Origin: Chthonomonadales bacterium
Lineage (GTDB): Bacteria; Armatimonadota; Chthonomonadetes; Chthonomonadales; Chthonomonadaceae
Direction: 5' to 3'
Length of the DNA: 16,762 nt
Assembly (NCBI GenBank): GCA_038217285.1
Contig: JBBQPO010000129.1
Location: forward strand, 1 to 16,762
Position numbers and translations under genes: made by a program. The notes below the pieces were generated by a model. The model was not told the origin of the DNA and did no database searches. It saw nothing but the letters and a program-made list of their open reading frames with translations. This document shows positions 8,802-15,796 of the stretch, one piece after another; within the stretch, counting starts at the first letter, position 1; every line of letters begins with the position of its first letter.

Positions 8802-9599
8802 TTACTTCGGCATTTTGCTTTTGTTCATGCGATCCATACGCTTTTTGTCCGCCATATGCGCGTCGTCCATCTTTTGCATGGTCACAGACTGCTCCACCAT
8901 TTTATCACCGGTATAGTCGGTAAAGTGGTAGAGATGCAGACCGCCCGGAGCGGCGAAGGGATAGCCGATGGGGGCAGGATCCACCATCTCGTCATCCATG
9001 CTCATGTCGTTTTCGTCCATCATGACCTGGCCGTCTCGCCACATCATACGATCGTGCATCATGCCGTCACGCTTGTGCATATTGTCCATCTTTTGCATGG
9101 AAGCGGACTGCTCGACCATGCCTTCCATCGTGTAGTCGGTGAAGTGATAGAGATGCAGAGCGCCGGGGCCTGCGAAGGGATAGCCGATGGGCGCAGGCTC
9201 CATCATCATTTCTTCATCCATCATCATGCCGTTTTCATCGGTCATGTAGTAGCCGCCGGACATCATGTGGTCTTTGCGCATCATATCGCGGTCGCGCATC
9301 ATGCCGTCCTGCATGTGCGCGTGGTCCATTTTCGCCATGGTAGAGGACTGCTCGACAAGTTTATCACCGGTATAGTCGGTGAAGTGATAGAGATGCAGGC
9401 CGCCGGGAGCGGCGAAGGGATAGCCGATGGGGGCAGGATCCATCATCATCTCTTCGTGCATGGTCATATCGTTTTCGTCCATCATGATGCGACCGTCTCG
9501 CCACATCATACCGGACTGAGCCTGGGCGGAGCCAAGGCAGACGCCAGCGAGGGCGAGGCCAAGCACGGTCGAGAGAGTAAAACGGGATCGGGTGTTCAT
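8802..9599 (-). CDS. secreted methionine-rich repeat protein of unknown function (265 aa)
   Basis: ATG 9599 with AGGAG RBS; Sec-type signal ending in AQA; about 47 Met in 265 aa by hand count; three copies of PAPIGYPFA[AG]PG[GA]LHLYHFTDYT...VEQS..M.KMD, with synonymous changes between copies showing this frame is the coding one. Confidence 0.88.
   Translation of the reverse strand: MNTRSRFTLSTVLGLALAGVCLGSAQAQSGMMWRDGRIMMDENDMTMHEEMMMDPAPIGYPFAAPGGLHLYHFTDYTGDKLVEQSSTMAKMDHAHMQDGMMRDRDMMRKDHMMSGGYYMTDENGMMMDEEMMMEPAPIGYPFAGPGALHLYHFTDYTMEGMVEQSASMQKMDNMHKRDGMMHDRMMWRDGQVMMDENDMSMDDEMVDPAPIGYPFAAPGGLHLYHFTDYTGDKMVEQSVTMQKMDDAHMADKKRMDRMNKSKMPK
8856..9509 (-). repeat. intragenic triple repeat, about 220-240 bp period
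   Basis: Core PAPIGY codons begin at 9437, 9197 and 8978; 9361-9442 and 8902-8983 are nearly identical at DNA level. Confidence 0.9.
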
Positions 9600-9701
9600 A
9601 GTTTCGGTTTCTCCTGTAACATGGGAGCGGGCGGTGAAGCGACAGGTGGACTGCGCTTCAGCGAGTTTAGCCAGCGTACGATTCGCTCCTGTTTCCGTAA
9701 G

Positions 9702-9729
9702 AACGTTGAAACCGATGATATTGTTTCCC
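9702..9729 (-). promoter_or_regulatory. putative ECF-sigma-type promoter upstream of the Met-rich gene
   Basis: Minus strand GGGAAAC-N17-CGTT about 100 nt upstream of ATG 9599. Confidence 0.45.
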
Positions 9730-9858
9730 AAATTTTCTCGCCCGGTTCGTGACGGCCAAATTCATGTGCGCACGTCGCTTATGCGGTATAGTTGAAGGCA
9801 GTTCGACGCCGTCGCTCCCCGACACGACACTCCGACCGAAAGGAAGTATCGACCTATA

Positions 9859-11178
9859 ATGGCCCAGATCGTCCCATTCGCAGGCATTCATTTCGACCCT
9901 ACCCGCGTCCCGCTTGAGGATGTGATCGCCCCACCCTACGATGTTCTTTCGCCTGCACAGCAGGACGCGTTGTACGCGCTGAATCCTGCAAACATCGTCC
10001 GCCTGATGCTGAACAAAGAGCAGGCCGACGATGATGGCATCCATAATCGCTATACGCGCGCGGCCAAATTTCTAAAAGCGTGTCTGGCGGAGGGAATTCT
10101 GGTACGGGATGAGACGCCAGCCCTCTACGAATACATTCAGATTTTCGAGCATCCGTTGCATCCTGAGCGCAAGGTAGAACGCCGAACACTCTTCGTGGCC
10201 CTGAAACTGGAGCCGTATACGAACGGGGTCGTGCTGCCCCATGAAGAGACGCATCCGAAAGCAAAGGCCGACCGCCTGAGTCTGATGCGCGCCACCCAAT
10301 CCAATCCCGAACCGATCTATGGCCTCTACGAAGACCCGGCGTTGACCGTAGCGAAGAGCCTGGATGCCGTTCGCCCCACCGAGCCGCTGTTGCGAGCCAT
10401 CCTGCCCGGCAAAACAGGGCCGGATGCCGAACAGCACCTCCTCTATCGTTATACCGACCCTTGCCTCGTGGCCGACATAGAGGAGTTTTTCGCCTCCCGC
10501 CGTGTCTGGATCGCCGATGGCCATCACCGCTATGAGACGGGCCTGAACTATCGCAGCGAAGTTCGTGGCGGCGACGAGGCCGCCCCCCCCCGTCCCGCCG
10601 ACTATCTGCTGATCGGGCTCAGCGCGTTTGAAGATCCCGGCCTGGTCGTCCTGCCGACACATCGCCTGGTGAAGAACATCCCCCAGGAGCGCCTGGAGCA
10701 ACTGACGCTGCAACTGGATCGCTACTTTACCGTGCGGACACTACCGTTGGCGGCGGCGCGCCAGTGGATCAAAGAGGAGGTTCCGGGTGAGAAGCGCTTC
10801 GTCGTCCTGACGCAACGCGACTACTACGCGCTGACATTGCGGGATATTGCGCAGGCCGAAGCCGCCATGCAACAGGGCCACTGCGCCGCGTGGCAGCATC
10901 TCGACGTGACCATCCTGCAGGCGCTCGTGCTGGATAGGACGCTCGGCATCTCCTGGCAGGATCTTGCCCATACACCCGATGTGGCGTACACACGTGATGA
11001 GGAGGAGGCCGTGCAAAAGGTTCTTTCCGGCGAGTTCCAACTGGCCTGTCTGCTCCAGAACCCAACCGTCACCGAGGTGCGCGATGTGGCCGCTGCAGGA
11101 GATAAGATGCCGCAGAAGAGCACCTTCTTCTATCCCAAGCTCTGGAGCGGTCTCATTTTGCGTTCGCTCGAAGCGTAG
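9859..11178 (+). CDS. DUF1015 family protein
   Basis: 'VIAPPYDVLS', 'VLPHEET', 'WIADGHHRYET', 'GLVVLPTHRLV', 'MPQKSTFFYPKLWSGL'; AAAGGA RBS. Confidence 0.92.
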   Translation: MAQIVPFAGIHFDPTRVPLEDVIAPPYDVLSPAQQDALYALNPANIVRLMLNKEQADDDGIHNRYTRAAKFLKACLAEGILVRDETPALYEYIQIFEHPLHPERKVERRTLFVALKLEPYTNGVVLPHEETHPKAKADRLSLMRATQSNPEPIYGLYEDPALTVAKSLDAVRPTEPLLRAILPGKTGPDAEQHLLYRYTDPCLVADIEEFFASRRVWIADGHHRYETGLNYRSEVRGGDEAAPPRPADYLLIGLSAFEDPGLVVLPTHRLVKNIPQERLEQLTLQLDRYFTVRTLPLAAARQWIKEEVPGEKRFVVLTQRDYYALTLRDIAQAEAAMQQGHCAAWQHLDVTILQALVLDRTLGISWQDLAHTPDVAYTRDEEEAVQKVLSGEFQLACLLQNPTVTEVRDVAAAGDKMPQKSTFFYPKLWSGLILRSLEA

Positions 11179-11267
11179 CCCTCACCGTCCTTCTCGCAGG
11201 GGAAATATTCTCGTAATTCTCCCTCTGGCAAACGTTGTCACCGCTCCTAAACGGGGCAAATAATTTT

Positions 11268-11294
11268 GGGAACAGAACATATTTCCGGTACGTC
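11268..11294 (+). promoter_or_regulatory. putative ECF-sigma-type promoter upstream of the glycine-zipper gene
   Basis: GGGAAC-N17-CGTC about 60 nt upstream of ATG 11356. Confidence 0.5.
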
Positions 11295-11355
11295 TAGCGG
11301 TAGGAATGGGACATTACCCATCGATTTTGCAACTCAATCAGAAGGAAATACGACA

Positions 11356-11814
11356 ATGGCAGAGAGCAGAACTCAGAACGAGATCGACAACGCAGTCAAC
11401 AATGCCTCAAACCGTGACACGAAGATCGGAACCGAGTTGGGCGGTGCAGGCGGGGCGGTGACAGGAGCCGTGGCCGGTTCCATGGCAGGTCCGATCGGTA
11501 CCATAATGGGAGCAGTCGTCGGCGGCATCGTCGGTGCAGTCGCAAGCGGCGCGGCCGTTCATGCGATCGATAAGGTCGATGACGACGATACGATTTCCGG
11601 TATTGGACATCACACTGCTCGCGTAACCGGTACGGCCACCGAGAACGTCAAAGACGATGTCAACAATGCGCTTCCGGGCAACAAAGTTCCCGGCATTCAG
11701 ACCGGTGGACACGATGTCGATGGCACCCCGGATACGCGTGGCATCACCGAGAAGGTGGCCGACACCCTGACCGGCGACCGGATTGACGACAAGACCGGCA
11801 AGCCCGTCCACTAA
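11356..11814 (+). CDS. glycine-zipper-containing hypothetical protein (152 aa), stress-protein-like
   Basis: ATG 11356 with GAAGGA RBS; GxxxG repeats (GGAGGAVTGAVAGSMAGPIGTIMGAVVGGIVG) and a hydrophilic D/G/T-rich tail; followed by a terminator. Confidence 0.8.
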   Translation: MAESRTQNEIDNAVNNASNRDTKIGTELGGAGGAVTGAVAGSMAGPIGTIMGAVVGGIVGAVASGAAVHAIDKVDDDDTISGIGHHTARVTGTATENVKDDVNNALPGNKVPGIQTGGHDVDGTPDTRGITEKVADTLTGDRIDDKTGKPVH

Positions 11815-11836
11815 GACTCAACCTTCGTAACGCTTC

Positions 11837-11862
11837 AGAAGCGACCCTTTGGGGTCGCTTCT
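11837..11862 (+). terminator. intrinsic terminator after the glycine-zipper gene
   Basis: AGAAGCGACCC-tttg-GGGTCGCTTCT 11-bp stem about 20 nt after the stop, followed by pyrimidine-rich sequence. Confidence 0.7.
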
Positions 11863-12018
11863 CTGCGTTTGGCTCCTGTTTCGTTTGGCTCGTGTTCTCC
11901 CTCTTTTGCACCGTTCACAGGAAAAATGCAGTCACAAGTTGAACAGAACACCATTCGGCAGAACGATGTCGCCCAACAAAGATTTTTGATACGTTCTGCA
12001 ACTAAGGGAGAATGAGTA

Positions 12019-13353
12019 ATGTGTTCTCAAGGCAATCGACGTGAATTTTTGAAGACCGCCGCTGGCACGGCCTTCGGTGTCTGGGCAGGCACGACCGCCC
12101 AGGCCCAGGACAAGCCCAAGTCCGCCAACGATCAGCTCAGTTTCGCCTGCATCGGCGTGGGCGGCAAAGGCGACAGCGACTCCAGCGATGCGGCTCGCTT
12201 CTCCAACATCGTCGCCATCTGTGACGTGGACGAGAACACTCTCAACCGCAAAGCCCAGCAGTTCCCCAGTGCTAAGAAGTACCGCGACTACCGCAAGATG
12301 TACGACGAGATGGGCAAACAGATCGATGGCGTCACGGTCAGCATCCCCGACCATTCGCATGGTCCGGCGACGGCGCTGGCGCTGCACATGGGCAAAGCCG
12401 CCTACACCCAGAAGCCGCTCGCGCACAGCATCTACGAGTGCCGTCAGCTTGGGCTGCTGGCCAAAAAGCATAAGGTCGCCACTCAGATGGGCAACCAGGG
12501 CACCGCCGACAATACACTCCGCAGCAATGCGTACAAAATTCGCGCAGGTGCGCTTGGTACGGTGAAAGAGGTGCATGTCTGGACCAACCGTCCGATCTGG
12601 CCGCAGGGCATCGAGCGCCCGATAGAAAAGCCGGTTCCGGCCAACCTGGACTGGGATCTGTGGATCGGGCCGGCGAAGATGCGTCCTTACGGCGACGGTT
12701 ACCACCCCTTTGCGTGGCGCGGCTTCTGGGATTTCGGAACCGGCGCGCTCGGCGATATGGCCTGCCACACCGTCAATATGCCGTTCATGGCCCTCGACCT
12801 GCGCAATCCTGTCTCCGTGACCGCAACCTCCTCCGGCACCAACTACGACAGCTATCCGAAGTCGGCAAAAATGATCTTCGAGTTTGCCGCCACCAAAGAC
12901 CGACCGGCCCTCACGCTGACCTGGTACGAGGGCGGTATGCTGCCGCCGAAGGAGCTGGTTCCGACCGAGCTGCTTCCCGAGAACGGCAATGTGCCTTCCA
13001 GCGGATCGCTGGTGATTGGTGACAAAGGGGTTCTCTATACGCCGGGAGACAGCGGCAGCGGCGGTCACATCGTCGGCGGCGTCGATGTCGGCGAGGTCGA
13101 CTACCCGAAATCGCCGGGACACTGGGAAGAGTTCATCGCCGCCATCCGTGGCGGCAAGCCGGCGATGTCGAACTTCCCAGACTACGCCTCACAACTCGCC
13201 GAAACCATCCTGCTGGGGAATCTGGCGGTCTGGGCCGAGGGCGAGAAGGTACTCTGGGATGCGAAAAACATGAAGGTCAAGAACGGTAGCGCCGTCGCCG
13301 ACAAAGTGGCGCATATCATCCGCCCTGTCTATCGTTCCGGTTACAGCCTCTGA
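12019..13353 (+). CDS. Gfo/Idh/MocA family oxidoreductase with twin-arginine (Tat) signal
   Basis: 'NRREFLK' plus hydrophobic stretch plus AQA; 'ACIGVGGKG', 'SIPDHSH', 'TQKPL', 'TQMGNQ', 'LDWDLWIGPA', 'WRGFWDFGTGALGDMACH'. Confidence 0.92.
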   Translation: MCSQGNRREFLKTAAGTAFGVWAGTTAQAQDKPKSANDQLSFACIGVGGKGDSDSSDAARFSNIVAICDVDENTLNRKAQQFPSAKKYRDYRKMYDEMGKQIDGVTVSIPDHSHGPATALALHMGKAAYTQKPLAHSIYECRQLGLLAKKHKVATQMGNQGTADNTLRSNAYKIRAGALGTVKEVHVWTNRPIWPQGIERPIEKPVPANLDWDLWIGPAKMRPYGDGYHPFAWRGFWDFGTGALGDMACHTVNMPFMALDLRNPVSVTATSSGTNYDSYPKSAKMIFEFAATKDRPALTLTWYEGGMLPPKELVPTELLPENGNVPSSGSLVIGDKGVLYTPGDSGSGGHIVGGVDVGEVDYPKSPGHWEEFIAAIRGGKPAMSNFPDYASQLAETILLGNLAVWAEGEKVLWDAKNMKVKNGSAVADKVAHIIRPVYRSGYSL

Positions 13354-13420
13354 TCCTGACGACCGACCCTATCTCACGACAGAAAGGGGCCGGCCAGGTG
13401 CCTCCTCTGCGGCAAACTTG

Positions 13421-13448
13421 GGGAACAAGATTCGGCAGTGCGCACGTC
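13421..13448 (+). promoter_or_regulatory. putative ECF-sigma-type promoter upstream of csbD
   Basis: GGGAAC-N18-CGTC about 50 nt upstream of ATG 13497. Confidence 0.45.
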
Positions 13449-13496
13449 CTTTGCACAGAGTGTACGCCGCGCAAGGGCGGCAGAGAGGATACGATC

Positions 13497-13688
13497 ATGA
13501 CAAACGGAGATATCGTTAAAGGTAAGATGAAGCAGGCCGAGGGTCGCGCGCAGGACTCGTTGGGCAAAGCAACCGATAGTACGGAAGACGTTGTCAAGGG
13601 CAACCTCAAGCAGGCCGAAGGTAAAATCCAGGAGGGACTCGGCAAGGCCAAGCAGGCGGTCAAAGACGCGGTCAACGATATTAAATAG
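13497..13688 (+). CDS. csbD: CsbD-family general stress protein (63 aa)
   Basis: MTNGDIVKGKMKQAEGRAQDSLGKATD...KGNLKQAEGKIQEGLGKAKQAVKD matches the CsbD/YjbJ pattern; GAGAGGA RBS before ATG 13497. Confidence 0.88.
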   Translation: MTNGDIVKGKMKQAEGRAQDSLGKATDSTEDVVKGNLKQAEGKIQEGLGKAKQAVKDAVNDIK

Positions 13689-13755
13689 AGGCGATGCTCT
13701 GCTTCAAGAGCAGGCAAGCCGTCTCTTCTCATAGAGCGAATGTGGCGTTTACGCC

Positions 13756-13798
13756 CAACGAGCGATCCTTTTCTAAGTTAGAAAAGGATCGCTCGTTG
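13756..13798. repeat. perfect 21-bp inverted repeat with 1-nt spacer (possible bidirectional terminator)
   Basis: CAACGAGCGATCCTTTTCTAA-G-TTAGAAAAGGATCGCTCGTTG between the convergent csbD and PIN genes. Confidence 0.85.
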
Positions 13799-13967
13799 AA
13801 TCTATCTTCGTGACCTTCAGATTTCCCTGTCCAATTCCCGATAGGCAGGGAACGCTTTCACTTTCTGATGCCAGGTAATGCCACCGGTCAGTTGGTGCCG
13901 CAGGGGATCGGTCTGCTTCGCCGCGAATTCAGGCTTCGCGTACGCAAGTTGTTGGACTTTCAGAAAC

Positions 13968-14426
13968 TCAGGGGCTGATATTCTGCCACTTGTCGGCGGC
14001 TACGTACTGTGAGATGTGCCGGACGTTCGAGGTAGCAACAACGATTTCGCCTGATGGAAGCCCGCACGTCAACGCCTGTGCTGCCATAATGACGTCGCCG
14101 TCCAGGGCGAGCGGGTCCGCAGTTACGACGCCTCTCCTGCGCGCCTGTGCCCACAGGTCGGCAGCGCGCAGCATCGCCTCCGTGGAGATCGGCAGATAAT
14201 CGGTTACGCTCTTTAGCCTGTCGAGGCGCATGACTCCATCGGCCTTCCCTGCCCGGATCAGCTCGCGCCGTATTTCGTAGTCGGTGATTTCCGCGATACA
14301 AACATGGACGCCAGCAGCGAGCAGATCCTCCATCCAGGCCCGGCAGGCGTCCGCTTCTTCTGACTTCCCGTGCCGCTGGGTCACGAGCCCGAGCGGCCCG
14401 GCATCGAGGAAGACGGCTTGCAGCAT
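13968..14426 (-). CDS. PIN-domain nuclease (VapC-like toxin)
   Basis: 152 aa; acidic PIN motifs 'VFLDAGPL', 'EITDYEIRREL', 'LDGDVIMAAQA', 'VATSNVRH'; start overlaps the upstream gene stop (TGATG). Confidence 0.82.
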   Translation of the reverse strand: MLQAVFLDAGPLGLVTQRHGKSEEADACRAWMEDLLAAGVHVCIAEITDYEIRRELIRAGKADGVMRLDRLKSVTDYLPISTEAMLRAADLWAQARRRGVVTADPLALDGDVIMAAQALTCGLPSGEIVVATSNVRHISQYVAADKWQNISP

Positions 14427-14890
14427 CAGTAGACCGGCGCCTCTCCCGTGGCGGCACGGTTGGCGTTCATGTTCCGCTTGAACTCCTCAAACTCGGTGTC
14501 GGCCTCCGCAGCCTCTTCGGGCGTCAGGGCAGCGTCTTCTTCGCGCCACTGTCGCAGAAGATTGATCGCGGCCTGATTCTTCGCATCTGGAGGCGGCACC
14601 TTCGGCAATAGGGCGGCGAGCTGCTCCTCCGTCCCGTGCTTGATCAGATGGTCCACCATCGGCTGAAACGCCGTGCTGATCGCCTGGCCCAGTTCCACAG
14701 AGAACTCTTTGTCTTTCGCTAGAAGGGCGAGGAGCAGAATGAAGCCAAGGACAGCCCACTGCGAGTCGGGTGGGTTCTGCGCTGCCTGGATGACCTCCCG
14801 CTCTGCGCGATCCAGCGGAACGCCGATGCGCTCGGCTTTCCTGCGCAGGCGCTCCTCCGCGTCTCTATCGATGTCGAGTGTTAATGTCAT
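14426..14890 (-). CDS. putative antitoxin (RHH-like N-terminus, acidic C-terminus)
   Basis: 'MTLTLDIDRDAEERLRRKAERIG' beta-alpha DNA-binding-like start, acidic tail (EEAAEADTEFEEF), GGAGGTGAGG RBS, translationally coupled upstream of the PIN gene. Confidence 0.7.
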   Translation of the reverse strand: MTLTLDIDRDAEERLRRKAERIGVPLDRAEREVIQAAQNPPDSQWAVLGFILLLALLAKDKEFSVELGQAISTAFQPMVDHLIKHGTEEQLAALLPKVPPPDAKNQAAINLLRQWREEDAALTPEEAAEADTEFEEFKRNMNANRAATGEAPVY

Positions 14891-14987
14891 ACTTACCTCA
14901 CCTCCAAACTTTCAGCGGTTCAAAAGTCTGCGTACGCAAAACTCATTCCGGCTTAGACTCTGCCTGGCGGGTGCAAGCCTCTGAAAT

Positions 14988-15130
14988 CTGTTCCATTCTG
15001 TTCCAAAAGGACAAAAACGGCCTGAAATGTACAGTTTTGTACGGTTCTGGCCGCTGTTTTGCCACCATCGTCTCAAGTGTTCCAAGCTTTTTGGGCTATT
15101 TTGGAACGTAAACAGAACGGATTGGAACAG
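14988..15130. repeat. cluster of converging GTTCCA / TGGAAC short repeats in a lower-GC spacer
   Basis: CTGTTCCA at 14988 and 14998, TGTTCCAA at 15078, then inverted TTGGAAC at 15101 and TTGGAACAG at 15122. Confidence 0.6.
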
Positions 15131-15176
15131 CAAGCAGTACGTTTCGGGCCACCTTGGGAAGGTTTATGCCCCGATT

Positions 15177-15605
15177 TCATTCCGGCCCGCTGGCATTCGT
15201 GGCCCGCAGCAGTTCCTCCGTAGGCGTCTCCTGGCCAGGCTTAGCGGCGCGGAGGAGTTCGGCCTGCTGGTGGGAGGGTGGAAGGTCTGAACCACGAACC
15301 AGCGTCTCGACTTCTGAAAGGTGTCTGGTATTGTGGCGAGTGATTAAGGCAATGGGTTCTCTGTTTTCCGTGGATCTAATGATAGATGCTCCTGCCTTTA
15401 CAGCAAAGTAACCTAATCCGCCTGCCACAAGCATGATCGGAAACATGATTACTATCCAAGGTCCCAATTTAAGAAGGAGTGTGAACGGAAGAAAGAAGCC
15501 ACCTATCATAAGGACAGCGCCTACAGAATATGCTATCAACGCTGCACACTTTGTCCGCACATATTCGCTCTTGTTCATCAACCGCTTCCGTGGCTTTTCG
15601 CTCAT
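15177..15605 (-). CDS. hypothetical membrane protein (two TM segments, C-terminal L[LV]R[AG] repeats), 142 aa
   Basis: ATG 15605 with AGAGGA RBS; hydrophobic block (ALIAYSVGAVLMIGGFFLPF...WIVIMFPIMLVAGGLGYF); tail 'ETLVRG..AELLRAA..EELLRA'; visibly lower GC than core genes. Confidence 0.7.
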   Translation of the reverse strand: MSEKPRKRLMNKSEYVRTKCAALIAYSVGAVLMIGGFFLPFTLLLKLGPWIVIMFPIMLVAGGLGYFAVKAGASIIRSTENREPIALITRHNTRHLSEVETLVRGSDLPPSHQQAELLRAAKPGQETPTEELLRATNASGPE

Positions 15606-15707
15606 GGTCTGCCGTCCTCTGGTGTTCGCCGTTCTGTCCCTCACAGGAGCCCCGCGCACTCCCCGGCGCCCAAAAGCGAAGGGAAAGGAACGGAGTGCTT
15701 ATCTGAA

Positions 15708-15796
15708 TGCCCTCGGAAGGATTCGAATCTTCAACTGTCAGACCGACGACTTTCGTCTCGGCTTATGGACTGCTCTACCAGTTGAGCTACGAGGGC
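15708..15796 (-). tRNA. atypical/pseudo tRNA-like element with no assignable anticodon
   Basis: Minus strand GCCCTCG TA GCTC AACTGGTA GAGC A [GTC CATAA GCCGA GAC GAAA GTC G TCGGT CT GAC] AGTT GAAGA TTCGAAT CCTTC CGAGGGC A: perfect 7-bp acceptor stem, 4-bp D stem, TTCGAAT T loop; no canonical anticodon arm; no encoded CCA. Confidence 0.72.

Noticed and set aside
8856-9509. Repeats as a CRISPR array
   Set aside because: The period is about 220-240 bp, in frame and protein-coding; there are no unique spacers between short identical repeats and no cas genes.
8856-9752. His-rich 298-aa plus-strand ORF
   Set aside because: The poly-His is the reverse complement of ATG runs (CAT) in the Met-rich gene; the signal peptide, RBS and silent-site pattern support the minus strand.
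13873-13879. GGTAATG as an IS1 terminal repeat
   Set aside because: The match ends after 7 nt and there is no IS1 coding sequence nearby.
14988-15130. parS sites
   Set aside because: Only TGTTCCA half-like sequences occur; there is no 16-bp TGTTNCACGTGAAACA palindrome.
15737-15770. Hammerhead ribozyme, or normal Met/Ile2 (CAT) anticodon, within the tRNA-like element
   Set aside because: CGAAA is present but the CUGANGA core is not; CATAA is not placed in a 7-nt loop on a 5-bp stem.
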